Positions 10,122-19,264 of a stretch of 64,000 bases of DNA are shown piece after piece. The DNA comes from Gemmatimonadales bacterium (lineage in GTDB: Bacteria; Gemmatimonadota; Gemmatimonadetes; Gemmatimonadales; GWC2-71-9). The notes beneath the pieces are model-generated. The model had not been told where the DNA came from and ran no database searches. It was given only the letters and a program-made list of their open reading frames with translations. Location: the NCBI GenBank assembly GCA_041615815.1, contig JBFJCP010000009.1, positions 63,091 through 127,090 on the forward strand, read 5' to 3'. Position numbers and translations under genes: made by a program. Position 1 is the stretch's first letter; the number at the start of each line of letters is the position of its first letter.

Positions 10122-10919
10122 TCAGCGACCGGGACTGTTCAGCTTGCTACGAGCGAGCTGCGCCTCGTCGGAGCGGGGATAACCGGAGACGACGCGCAGA
10201 TAGTAGAGCCGCGCAGCCTCGAGGTCGCCCTTTCGCTCGGCGATCAGGCCGAGCTTGTAGAGCGCCGCCGGCGCCCGTCGGGAATCCGGGTACTTCTGCT
10301 CAACCACGTCGTACTCCGCCCGGGCCGAGTCGGGGTTACTCTGATCCCAGGATTCGCCCATGAGGTACTGCGCGTCTGCGGCCAGGGGGTGGGTAGGATG
10401 ATCCTCGAGGAGCTTCCGGAATCCGGCCCGCGCGGTCTCCGGACTGCCCCGCCGGAGTTGTTGCAGCGAGAGCTCGTACAGTTCCTGCGCCCCCAGGGTG
10501 GGACCCACGGGGGTCGGCTCCTGCCCCCGCCCTTCGGCCGCACCGGAGCGGTCAGCGGGCGCCACCGGTGACCCAACGGAGGCCTGCGCCTGTTGGCGCT
10601 CCTGCATCTGATTGCGAAGCTCCGAGAGTCGCTGCTGACTCTGTCCGGTGAGTTCCTGAATCTGGAGGAGCTGCCGCTGGACCTCCGTCATGTCCGTGCG
10701 CATGTCACCGTACACCGTCGCGACGCGGCGCTGCTCGATCGCCAAGGAATCCAGCAGCCGCAGGATCTGGTCCAGTTGCATGACCTGGAGCGAGTCGGTC
10801 CGGGCCGACTCCTCCCCCAGGCGCAGCACTTCCCGCTCTACACGACGAACGTCGCCCTTGAGGGCACAGCCACTCAGGGCGACGCTCGCCGCCAGCCAGA
10901 CGATGGTCCGGTGCGTCAC
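10122..10919 (-). CDS. cpoB: Tol-Pal system protein YbgF/CpoB (lipoprotein, coiled coil + TPR)
   Basis: Lipobox LSGC, coiled coil, DAQYLMGES / AALYKLG / YPRSDEA TPR motifs; follows pal with GTGA overlap. Confidence 0.88.
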   Translation of the reverse strand: MTHRTIVWLAASVALSGCALKGDVRRVEREVLRLGEESARTDSLQVMQLDQILRLLDSLAIEQRRVATVYGDMRTDMTEVQRQLLQIQELTGQSQQRLSELRNQMQERQQAQASVGSPVAPADRSGAAEGRGQEPTPVGPTLGAQELYELSLQQLRRGSPETARAGFRKLLEDHPTHPLAADAQYLMGESWDQSNPDSARAEYDVVEQKYPDSRRAPAALYKLGLIAERKGDLEAARLYYLRVVSGYPRSDEAQLARSKLNSPGR

Positions 10920-11542
10920 ATTCCGGGTGGCCGGGTCAGCTGGTCGCCGCCGGCAATGATCATGAACTCGTCGCGTCGGTTTCTGGCCCACGCATCTTCG
11001 TTACTCCCGGGATCCACCGGTTGTTCCTCCCCCATGGAACGAACGTTGATCCGACTCGGATTGATCCCCCGGTCCACGAGGAATTGGCGGGCCGAGACGG
11101 CCCGGCGTTGTCCCAGCGCGAGGTTGTACTCGTCCGAGCCGCGCTCGTCGCAATGCCCCACGATCTCGATGCGCAGATTGGGATTGGCCTGGAGAATCCG
11201 CAGCTTCTGCTCGAGGATCCGCGTGTCGTCACCCGGCCGAATATTGGAGCGGTCGAAATCGAAGTGGATCCGCTCGGCAACCATCGCCCGGACCGCCTCG
11301 GACGCAGCCCGCGCCGCCGCAATGGAATCCTCCCGAGCACGGCGACGAGCTTCCTCCGCTCGGGCAATGCTGTCGCGCCGCGCTCGCTCGGCGGCGGCGA
11401 TGGAGTCCCGGATGCGCTGCTCCCGGGCAATGGAGTCGGGGTCGGGCCCGACGGCCACTTCGGGCTGCCCACCACCGCATGCGGCGGCAATCAAGATCAC
11501 GGCAAGCCCCGCGGAGATTGAAAGGCTCAGTCGCATCGTCAC
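10916..11542 (-). CDS. pal: peptidoglycan-associated lipoprotein (OmpA-like domain)
   Basis: Lipobox AAAC; IHFDFD, GHCDERGSDEYNLALGQRRA and NRRDEF motifs. Confidence 0.93.
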   Translation of the reverse strand: MTMRLSLSISAGLAVILIAAACGGGQPEVAVGPDPDSIAREQRIRDSIAAAERARRDSIARAEEARRRAREDSIAAARAASEAVRAMVAERIHFDFDRSNIRPGDDTRILEQKLRILQANPNLRIEIVGHCDERGSDEYNLALGQRRAVSARQFLVDRGINPSRINVRSMGEEQPVDPGSNEDAWARNRRDEFMIIAGGDQLTRPPGM

Positions 11543-11549
11543 TCCTGCC

Positions 11550-12914
11550 TTAAGGGTTCCTTGAATCGGGAATTGGTGGCGACCAGGCCGGGAGGCGCGC
11601 CCCGCCGACCGAGGTCAGTTGTCGAATCCGTCCAGTGTCCGTATCGATGATCCACACCTGGCGCGAACCAGTACGATTGGAGATGAAGGCCAGGTGCCGA
11701 CCGTCGGGTGCCCACGTTGGATCTTCATTGCGCCCGGCACTGGTGAGCTGCCGCACGTCCCGAGACCGAGCATCCATGAGAAACACTTGCGGGCTGCCGG
11801 CGACATCCCGGTGGAAGGCCACCTGTGTCCCATCAGGCGACCACTCCGGTGCGTTCGAACTCCCCGTCACCCCATAGTCGAACGGGGCGTACAGCTCCTG
11901 CCCGGTTCCGTCCACGGACATCACGTAGATCTGGGGTAGACCCGCCCGGGTCGACACGAACGCGATTCGTCGGCCATCCGGACTGAACGTCGGGGAAAGG
12001 TTATCGGAAAACCGCCCCACCGTCAAGCGCTGTAAACAACAGTCCTGCGCGAGGTTATAGGTGTAGATGTCCGTTCCGTCCTCCCCGCTTCGGCTAAAGG
12101 CCAGCAACCGGCCATCGGGAGAGAAGCCGGCGGCGAAGTTTAGGTTACTCTGGCTCGGCGGAACGACCTGCCGTCGGCCGCTCTGCGCATCATACAGCAC
12201 GAGCTGCCCGAGACCGCTCTGCAGTTCCGTGAACACGAGCCGACGGCCCGATCGGTCCCACGCCGGCGAGAAGGCGTTAGCGTCGGACGCCGAAATAGGT
12301 GTTGCCGCCGCACCGTCCGCGTCGACCGTGAAGAGCCGCTTCCCCTGTATGAACGCGATCCGTGTCGCCGCAATCCCCGGAATCCCCGTGGCTCCCCGCA
12401 CCACCGCATCCGCCGCCCGGTGCACGGCCATCCGGAAACCAGGATCACCCACATCGACCACGGAGACGCGCGTCTCGAGGCGCAGCGTCTCGCCGCGCAC
12501 GTCGTACAGATTGACCCGCAACTCGCTCGAGTCCGGCGCCATGAGGACGCCCACGGAATAGTCCGCTCCCAGGGCGGCGTAGAGCGGGTAATTCACAAAA
12601 ACCTCGCCCGGCGACTCCGTGGCCGCGCGCTCCGACATGCTACTCAGCCCGATGATCAAGCCGTCCCCCTCCGGGAGCGTGATCACCTCGAACTGGTCGC
12701 TGAAATCCAAGTCGCGCGTGAGCATCGCGCGCACCGAATCCAGCAGCGCCGTGCGCGGTCCGCCCAGGACGAGCATCCCCGGGCGCATGCCGGGTGTATA
12801 GGTAATGCCGAGCCGGACGCCTCCCTCCACCGGCGGAATCGTGTCCTGGGCTCGCCCGCGCGAGACGGCTCCGACCAGGAGGAGGCCGACCGCCACCACC
12901 ATCGCGCGACTCAT
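11550..12914 (-). CDS. tolB: TolB beta-propeller protein
   Basis: DLDFSDQF N-domain and repeated PD40 motifs (SPDG, WSPDG); position in the tol-pal operon. Confidence 0.92.
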   Translation of the reverse strand: MSRAMVVAVGLLLVGAVSRGRAQDTIPPVEGGVRLGITYTPGMRPGMLVLGGPRTALLDSVRAMLTRDLDFSDQFEVITLPEGDGLIIGLSSMSERAATESPGEVFVNYPLYAALGADYSVGVLMAPDSSELRVNLYDVRGETLRLETRVSVVDVGDPGFRMAVHRAADAVVRGATGIPGIAATRIAFIQGKRLFTVDADGAAATPISASDANAFSPAWDRSGRRLVFTELQSGLGQLVLYDAQSGRRQVVPPSQSNLNFAAGFSPDGRLLAFSRSGEDGTDIYTYNLAQDCCLQRLTVGRFSDNLSPTFSPDGRRIAFVSTRAGLPQIYVMSVDGTGQELYAPFDYGVTGSSNAPEWSPDGTQVAFHRDVAGSPQVFLMDARSRDVRQLTSAGRNEDPTWAPDGRHLAFISNRTGSRQVWIIDTDTGRIRQLTSVGGARLPAWSPPIPDSRNP

Positions 12915-13615
12915 CACCGCACCTTGTCCGGATCGAAGAAGAAGCTCACGGGGAGTACGTCGGCGGGGTATCCGGTGGGGAGCGGTCCAAAGGCGCCCGC
13001 CGTCCCAGCGGCTTCGATAGCCCCCTGGGCCTCCAGGTCGAATCCGAAGTTCCCAGACCGACGAACGAAATGCAGGTTGGTGATCGAGCCGTCCCGGTGT
13101 ACGAAGAACATCACCTCCGCCCGAAAACTCTGGGTGCCCGTGGGACGCCGCCAGCGGCGGTAGATCTGCGCGACGATGTTGCGGAGATACTCGGGATAGG
13201 GGAACTCGACCCCCTCGGTCTTCACGGTCGCCACATCGGTCCCGGTGGACGGCTGCGCACCCGGAGCCAACTCCTCCGTGGGGGTCGTCCGCGGCGCGGG
13301 TTCCCGCCTCGTGTCGGTCTTGGCGGGCGGCGGCGGCGTCTGCGCCACCGACGTCCGTCGCGGCTGCTCCGTTTGGGTGGGTGCGGGCCGCTCGGCGGGA
13401 CGCTCCACGGCCTCTGGTGCCCGCCGCTGCTGTGGATCGGGACGCGGCGCGGCAACCAACTCCACGCGGTACACCGGAGGCACCGTTCGCCGCCCGGCCG
13501 AGGGAGACCACACCGCCACCGCCATGACGATCCCGTGCAGCGTGAGCGTGCCCGCCAGCGCCACCCCACGGCCTCGCGCTTCTCTCCGGCGCTTGACCAT
13601 CCACGCCACGCTCAT
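12914..13615 (-). CDS. TolA/TonB-family energy transducer
   Basis: N-terminal TM with TLTLH, Pro-rich linker, TonB-C-like domain (RDGSI, SGNFGFD). Confidence 0.85.
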   Translation of the reverse strand: MSVAWMVKRRREARGRGVALAGTLTLHGIVMAVAVWSPSAGRRTVPPVYRVELVAAPRPDPQQRRAPEAVERPAERPAPTQTEQPRRTSVAQTPPPPAKTDTRREPAPRTTPTEELAPGAQPSTGTDVATVKTEGVEFPYPEYLRNIVAQIYRRWRRPTGTQSFRAEVMFFVHRDGSITNLHFVRRSGNFGFDLEAQGAIEAAGTAGAFGPLPTGYPADVLPVSFFFDPDKVR

Positions 13616-14040
13616 CGTCCCACATTCTCCGCCTCGGCCACCAGCCCGACGTCGCCCACACCCGTCGTGCGCATCACCGCCAACACGCGCACCACTTGAC
13701 CGTAACTGACCCGCTGATCGGCCCGGAGGTAGATGCCGCTCGGTTGTCGCGCCGACACGATGGCCGGAAACGTGGCGCGGAAGTCCTCATACGAGAGTGC
13801 GGTCTCGTCCACGAAGATGCGTCCTTGCCGATCTACCGAGACAACGAGACCCTGCCGCGGCTGCAACGGCCTGGCCTCCGCCCTCGGAAGCTGCACGTCC
13901 ACACCACCCTGCATGATGGGTGCGGTGATCATGAAGATGATGAGCAGGACGAACGCCACATCCACGAGCGATGTGACGTTGATGTCCGACACCAATGGCA
14001 GCTCGCCATGACCCCGCAGACCACCCCGCGCCAAACTCAT
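13612..14040 (-). CDS. tolR: TolR/ExbD family protein
   Basis: INVTSLVDVAFVLLIIFMITAP motif. Confidence 0.9.
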   Translation of the reverse strand: MSLARGGLRGHGELPLVSDINVTSLVDVAFVLLIIFMITAPIMQGGVDVQLPRAEARPLQPRQGLVVSVDRQGRIFVDETALSYEDFRATFPAIVSARQPSGIYLRADQRVSYGQVVRVLAVMRTTGVGDVGLVAEAENVGR

Positions 14041-14747
14041 ATCCGCCCCTCTCTGGCCATCGTGCCTACGATCTCATGGGCGAACCCCTCCAGCTCACCG
14101 GCGAAAATCCCGAGGCGGTTGACGAAGAGATTGTACGCGATGATGGCTGGAATGGCGACGGCGAGACCGAGAACCGTCGTGATCAGCGCTTCCGCCACTC
14201 CCGGGGCCACAGCCGCGATGTTGCCCGATCCCCCGGCCGCGATCCCCAAGAACGCGTCCATGACACCCAGCACGGTTCCGAGTAGCCCGAGCAACGGACT
14301 CACCGACCCGATGGTAGCCAGCCACGGAATGAACTGCGCCATCAAGTCCCGCTCAGCGCCTATCTCCTTGGCGAGCACCATCTTCAGGGCTTCCAACTGC
14401 GTGGGCGAGAGCACGTTTTGGAGCTCCCGCTCCTCCTGGAGCGCACCGGGACGAAGCTCGGAGAAGAAGTTGACGCCCTCACGTAACAACCGGCTGTAGG
14501 GAGACGGCGCGAGTTTCATGACTACGTGATACGCCTCCTGGAGCCGACTTGTGCCCTTGAGCGACTCGAAAAAGCGGTCGCCTCGCTTGCGGACTCGCCG
14601 GAACTGGAGGGCCTTGAGCAAGATCAGGAACCAACAGATCAGGGAAAACGCGAGGAGCACCCCGATGACCGCCTTCGTCGCCGGGCTCGAGACCTCGATC
14701 AGCTCCCAGACACTGCTAGGGAGCGCTCCCCCGACCTGGAAGATCAC
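14037..14747 (-). CDS. tolQ: TolQ/ExbB/MotA proton channel
   Basis: LATIGSVSPLLGLLGTV and GVAEALITTVLGLAVAIPA motifs. Confidence 0.92.
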   Translation of the reverse strand: MIFQVGGALPSSVWELIEVSSPATKAVIGVLLAFSLICWFLILLKALQFRRVRKRGDRFFESLKGTSRLQEAYHVVMKLAPSPYSRLLREGVNFFSELRPGALQEERELQNVLSPTQLEALKMVLAKEIGAERDLMAQFIPWLATIGSVSPLLGLLGTVLGVMDAFLGIAAGGSGNIAAVAPGVAEALITTVLGLAVAIPAIIAYNLFVNRLGIFAGELEGFAHEIVGTMAREGRI

Positions 14748-15694
14748 GCCGCCACCTCGATGATCCACTCGTACGTCTGACGCAGGCCGTCGGCGAGGTC
14801 GACGTCCGGGCGCCACTTGAGCAACCGTGCGGCCTTCTCGACGCTGACGGAGCTACGGAGTAGCTCACCCGGCCGGGCCGCTGCATGCTCGATGGGGACC
14901 GTGGCCCCGCTGGCGCTCCGCAGCGTTTCGGCGAGCGTCAGCACGCTCGTCTCGACGCCGGTGCCGACGTTGAAGGCAACGTCATCGATGGTCTCGATCG
15001 TCGGGACGGGCCAATGCGTGGCAGCTACGTTGGCTCGCGCCACGTCCTCGACGAAGACGTAATCCCTGGTCTGGGTCCCATCGCCATAGACGGTGAGGGG
15101 ACGTCCTTCGCGAAGCCGGCTCGCAAAGATGGCAACGACGCCCGCTTCCCCATGAGGACTCTGTCGGGGCCCGTACACGTTCGCATATCGCAACGACACG
15201 ACTTCCATGCCGTGGAGCTGGGCATAGGCTCCGAGATAGAACTCCGATGTCAACTTGCTGACCCCGTACGGCGAGACGGGGAGCTTGCGCGCCGACTCGC
15301 GATGGGGCAGCTGATCGCTCTCGCCATAGACGACCCCTCCTGAGGACGCAAACACCACGCGTCGAACGCCACCCGCGCGTGCGCCTTCCAGCAGGTTCAA
15401 CAACCCCATGATATTGACGCGCGCATCGAGCTCCGGGTCGCTCACGGAGATCCGCACATCCATCTGGGCCGCATGATGGTTGAGCACCGAGAACCCGCCC
15501 GTTTGCAAGAGCTGCCTCGCGGTGGGCGACCCAATGTCGGCGTGCACGAACGTCGCGCCCGCGGGGACGTTCTCCGATCGCCCCCCGGTCAAATCGTCAA
15601 TCACTGTCACCTCGTATCCGGCGGCCAGGTAGGCGTCCGCAACGTGCGAGCCGATGAAGCCCCCACCACCGGTGACCAATGCTCGCTTGGTCAT
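14744..15694 (-). CDS. NAD-dependent epimerase (UDP-glucose 4-epimerase-like)
   Basis: TGGGGFIGSH, YGVSK and YANVYGPRQ motifs. Confidence 0.9.
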   Translation of the reverse strand: MTKRALVTGGGGFIGSHVADAYLAAGYEVTVIDDLTGGRSENVPAGATFVHADIGSPTARQLLQTGGFSVLNHHAAQMDVRISVSDPELDARVNIMGLLNLLEGARAGGVRRVVFASSGGVVYGESDQLPHRESARKLPVSPYGVSKLTSEFYLGAYAQLHGMEVVSLRYANVYGPRQSPHGEAGVVAIFASRLREGRPLTVYGDGTQTRDYVFVEDVARANVAATHWPVPTIETIDDVAFNVGTGVETSVLTLAETLRSASGATVPIEHAAARPGELLRSSVSVEKAARLLKWRPDVDLADGLRQTYEWIIEVAA

Positions 15695-16965
15695 TCGTTT
15701 TCCTTTCCTTTTTCCAGGCCAGGCGGATCTAGATGAAACAGATATTCCAAGGCTTCCACGAGCTCGCGCGCGCTCCCGTTTCCGGCGGCGGTCCGCAGCC
15801 GTCGCGTGGGCTCGTGCAAGAACTTGTTCAGGAGGGCGCGGGTGAGGTGCTCCACTTGTTGCGCGTCCTCGGGCGCCAGGTGATCGAGCCGCCGCAGAGC
15901 ATCGCGCACCTCGGCTGCCCGCACGGCGTCGAGCCGACGACGCAACGACTTGATGGTCTCCACGACCGCCCGTCCTCGATACCACTCCCAGAACACGTCC
16001 AGCTCGTGCTGCACAATTCGCTCGGCCGCCGGCACCTCCAGCTGGCGGGCGTCGACGTTCTGGGCGGCCACCGCCTCGAGATCGTCGATGTCGTACAAAT
16101 GAACATTGGCCAGCCGTCCCACTTCCGGCGCGACGTCCCGAGGGACGGCAATGTCCAGGATGCAGAGCGGTCGGTCGCCACGCCTGCTGATTGAGGCCTC
16201 GATACGCTCCGCCGTCACGACGGGTTCGGGCGCCGCACTCGAGCACAGCAATAAATCCACGCCAGCGACGAGGGGCCACGCATCGTCATATCCCACTGCC
16301 CGACCGCCGAACCGACCGGCGAGCGCCCGTGCCCGCTCCAGATTGCGGTGTGCCACCACGAGCGTTCGCACGCCTTCGCCGGCCAGACAGCCAAGGGCCA
16401 ATTGCGCCATCTCCCCCGCGCCCATCACGAGGGCGGTCCGACCTGCGAGATCCCCGAGGATACGGCGGGCCATTCCCACGCTCGCCGACGGCACCGAGGC
16501 GGCGCCGGTGCTCAGCGCGGTTTCGGACCGCACCCGGCCACCCACCTGCAACGCAAACTGAAACAGCCTCGTGAGCGTCACACCTGCGTGGTGGCGGCTC
16601 ATCTCCCACGCAGCGCGCACCTGGCTCTGGATCTCGCATTCGCCGAGGACCATGGAGTCGAGCCCCGAGGTCACGCGGAAGAGATGCGATACGGCTGCGT
16701 CGTCGCGGTGCGTATAGGCGTGGGCATCGAGCGGCTCGCCCAACCGCGCCTCGGCTACCCCCCGCATGATTTCGAGGGCTCGAGCTGAGGCATCGGCGAG
16801 ATAGAATTCGACGCGATTGCAGGTGGACAACAGCACGACACCCGACGCACCGCCGTCGCAAATACGTTTCAGCACAGCCGATTGCTCGCGCTGCGGCCAC
16901 GTCAGCCGTTCGCGGACTTCCACGGGCGCGGTGCGGTGATTCACCCCGACGAGCGTGATACTCAT
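15691..16965 (-). CDS. hemA: glutamyl-tRNA reductase
   Basis: HRTAPVEVRE, LSTCNRVE, SGLDSMVLGE, GAGEM and DIAVPRD motifs. Confidence 0.96.
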   Translation of the reverse strand: MSITLVGVNHRTAPVEVRERLTWPQREQSAVLKRICDGGASGVVLLSTCNRVEFYLADASARALEIMRGVAEARLGEPLDAHAYTHRDDAAVSHLFRVTSGLDSMVLGECEIQSQVRAAWEMSRHHAGVTLTRLFQFALQVGGRVRSETALSTGAASVPSASVGMARRILGDLAGRTALVMGAGEMAQLALGCLAGEGVRTLVVAHRNLERARALAGRFGGRAVGYDDAWPLVAGVDLLLCSSAAPEPVVTAERIEASISRRGDRPLCILDIAVPRDVAPEVGRLANVHLYDIDDLEAVAAQNVDARQLEVPAAERIVQHELDVFWEWYRGRAVVETIKSLRRRLDAVRAAEVRDALRRLDHLAPEDAQQVEHLTRALLNKFLHEPTRRLRTAAGNGSARELVEALEYLFHLDPPGLEKGKENE

Positions 16966-17112
16966 GTTGACGAGTTTACCGATGTGCGACCGCACGTACC
17001 TAGAGCAGGCCTCTGGGGCTCCGCTGAGGAGCGCCAGAGGCCGAGTTCGTCCCGCCACGTGGGCGGGACCTGAGCCTGACGCGCGTCTGGCAGTGCCGAC
17101 TGGTCGCCGTCC

Positions 17113-18264
17113 CTAGGACGGCATCTTCATGATGAGCCGGACGGGCGCGCCGCGATCGATCCCGATCGCGTTGATGTGCGTGAGGATCGCGGACGAGGAA
17201 CGTTCCCGGACGTGTACCACGTGCATCATGCCCAGCTGCTCCCACGGGGTATCGACGAACGGATCCTGGGCGCTCCGCTCCTTCAGCACTTCGAAGACGT
17301 CGCCCGGGACCACACCATCCGCTCGCCCGAGATCGATGAACACGATGTCTTGCTGGCCGGGTAGCGGGCCCCGGTCTCGACGGGCGATGACGCGCCCCAT
17401 GGCCCCATTCTCGATGGGAACCGGAACGACCATGCCCGGATCCCGGAACGGATCCACCGGCAAAGCGACTTGACCATCATTGATGCGGAAGAACTGCCGC
17501 ACGACTTCTGCTCGGACCTCCCGTCCGCCGACGCTCGTGACCCGGACGATGCCCGTGGGTGTCACGACCCGTCCCCAATCGTCGATCTCGCGCCCAAGAC
17601 GCGCCACCAGCAAGGAGTCGCCGACCCGGTAGGTGGCTTCCCGCGGGGCGCTCAGCTCGATCTCCTGATTCAACTGTGCCGATGACGTCGCGCGTAGGTT
17701 GCGCAGCGGCGGCATCCCCACCGCCCCTTTCACCCGGGCCCACGGCAGCCGTTCCTGCTCGGTCAGGAATCCCGCGGCGTAAAACTCGCCCTCGCGGAGT
17801 GGTTTGTACCGATAGGCGTCGCCTCGGAACGTCGTAATGAAGGACTCGCCGCCGTCACGGCGCGCGAAGATGCTCGGGGCACCTCCGGTGGACGGCGGAG
17901 GCGGGGCGGGTGTGGGCGGCGCCGGCCGCACCGCGCGCTGGCCCTCGACCGGGATGCCCGTGGTGTCCATCGCGACGGGGGACAGGGCCTGCAGCCGCAG
18001 CTCCTCACCTGGGAAGATCCAATGCGGATCTTCCACGACCAGCGTGTTGATCCGGTAGATCTCGGGCCAGAGAAGGGGATCGCCAAAGTACCGCTGGGCG
18101 AGCGTCCAGAGGGTCTCGCCCGGGGCCACGACGTGCACCGGCGGCTGCGCAGGTTGCGGTTCTTGGGCCATCAGGATCCCGCTACCCACCGCCTGGGCGC
18201 CGGCGAGCAGGGCAGCGACGAGGATGGCCGTGCGACTAGAACGGGAGATCGTCGTCTTCCTCAT
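17113..18264 (-). CDS. exported LysM peptidoglycan-binding protein
   Basis: Signal peptide, then HVVAPGETLWTLAQRYFGDPLLWPEIY...IFPGEEL (LysM). Confidence 0.88.
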   Translation of the reverse strand: MRKTTISRSSRTAILVAALLAGAQAVGSGILMAQEPQPAQPPVHVVAPGETLWTLAQRYFGDPLLWPEIYRINTLVVEDPHWIFPGEELRLQALSPVAMDTTGIPVEGQRAVRPAPPTPAPPPPSTGGAPSIFARRDGGESFITTFRGDAYRYKPLREGEFYAAGFLTEQERLPWARVKGAVGMPPLRNLRATSSAQLNQEIELSAPREATYRVGDSLLVARLGREIDDWGRVVTPTGIVRVTSVGGREVRAEVVRQFFRINDGQVALPVDPFRDPGMVVPVPIENGAMGRVIARRDRGPLPGQQDIVFIDLGRADGVVPGDVFEVLKERSAQDPFVDTPWEQLGMMHVVHVRERSSSAILTHINAIGIDRGAPVRLIMKMPS

Positions 18265-18709
18265 CGAGTGCCTCGGGAAAGTCATCGAATGACTCGGCTT
18301 TGCCTTCCGCCGCCGGTCGCGCGCTCCTCGCTGCTACCGGCGTACCACCCACATCGCCGCCGCCGCGCGACGACAACATGATGATCTCGCGGGCGTTTAC
18401 TTCCGTTGTATATCGCGTGTTGCCCTCGCGATCTTCCCACGTGCGGTACTCGATTCGCCCTTCCACGTAGAGACGATCGCCTTTCTTGAGATACTTCTCG
18501 GCGAGATCGGCCAGGCCGGAATTCCGGTTATTCCACAGTACGACACGATGCCACTCGGTCTTCTCCTGCCGCTCGCCTGCCTGGTTCGTCCACTGACGAC
18601 TGGTGGCCAACGACAGCGTCGCGACCCGCGTACCGTTTGCCGTGCTCCGGATCTCGGGGTCCGACCCCAGATTCCCGATCAACATGATCTTGTTCAGACT
18701 ACGGCTCAC
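18236..18709 (-). CDS. ssb: single-stranded DNA-binding protein
   Basis: NKIMLIGNLGSDPE, TEWHRVV and C-terminal DDDLPF. Confidence 0.97.
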   Translation of the reverse strand: MSRSLNKIMLIGNLGSDPEIRSTANGTRVATLSLATSRQWTNQAGERQEKTEWHRVVLWNNRNSGLADLAEKYLKKGDRLYVEGRIEYRTWEDREGNTRYTTEVNAREIIMLSSRGGGDVGGTPVAARSARPAAEGKAESFDDFPEALDEEDDDLPF

Positions 18710-18751
18710 ACTGCCTCCAACGTTGGGGAATAGAGCCCCGGACGGCGTGAA

Positions 18752-18780
18752 ACTATAGGGGCTTTAAGTCCTTTTGTCAA
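18752..18780 (-). promoter_or_regulatory. sigma70-type promoter for ssb
   Basis: TTGACA-17 nt-TATAGT. Confidence 0.8.
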
Positions 18781-19264
18781 CCAAAGATACGCCATTTTCA
18801 CCCGTTCTACGCACGTCGTCCCCCGCCACATTTCGTGCCAAGACCAGGGCATCCTCTTGCGGTCGGCGATAGTATCGGCGACGACGACCCACCTCCTGAA
18901 AACCGAGGCGCTGGTAGAACCGCCGGGCGACGACGTTCGAGGCCCGGACCTCGAGAAACACCGTCCGCACCCCCGCCGCGCGCAAACTGACCAGTATGGC
19001 CCCGGTCAACCGATGCCCCACTCCACGCCGTTGGTGACTCGGCGCCACGGCCAAATTGAGTATCTCGCCACTGTCCACCGCGGCGAGCCCGAAAACGTAT
19101 CCCACCAGCTGACCGTCCGCGGTTTCCGCCACGAACGCGAGACCCGCGATGGACGTGCGCAGGGCGTCCATCGACCAGGCGTCGGGGAAGACGATCGCCT
19201 CGATCTCCGCAACGGCCGCCAGATCAGCGGGCCGAGCGATCCGGATCCGGTAGTCGGCGTCCAT
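18764..19264 (-). CDS. rimI: ribosomal-protein alanine N-acetyltransferase
   Basis: GNAT fold: ILNLAV, LEVRASN, FYQRLGF, RRRYY, EDALV; follows tsaB. Confidence 0.9.
   Translation of the reverse strand: MDADYRIRIARPADLAAVAEIEAIVFPDAWSMDALRTSIAGLAFVAETADGQLVGYVFGLAAVDSGEILNLAVAPSHQRRGVGHRLTGAILVSLRAAGVRTVFLEVRASNVVARRFYQRLGFQEVGRRRRYYRRPQEDALVLARNVAGDDVRRTGENGVSLVDKRT

Noticed and set aside
11550..13661. Apparent N-terminal extensions in the ORF track (tolB 703 aa, hutU 660 aa, epimerase 511 aa, ugd, nadD and others)
   Set aside because: The extensions overlap upstream genes in another frame; better starts form ATGA/GTGA couplings.
16966..17112. SAH riboswitch or glmS ribozyme-like words (GAGGAGCGC, GTCAGGCTCAG, GTTGACGAG)
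   Set aside because: The elements fall on opposite strands or in the wrong order, and the gene context does not fit.
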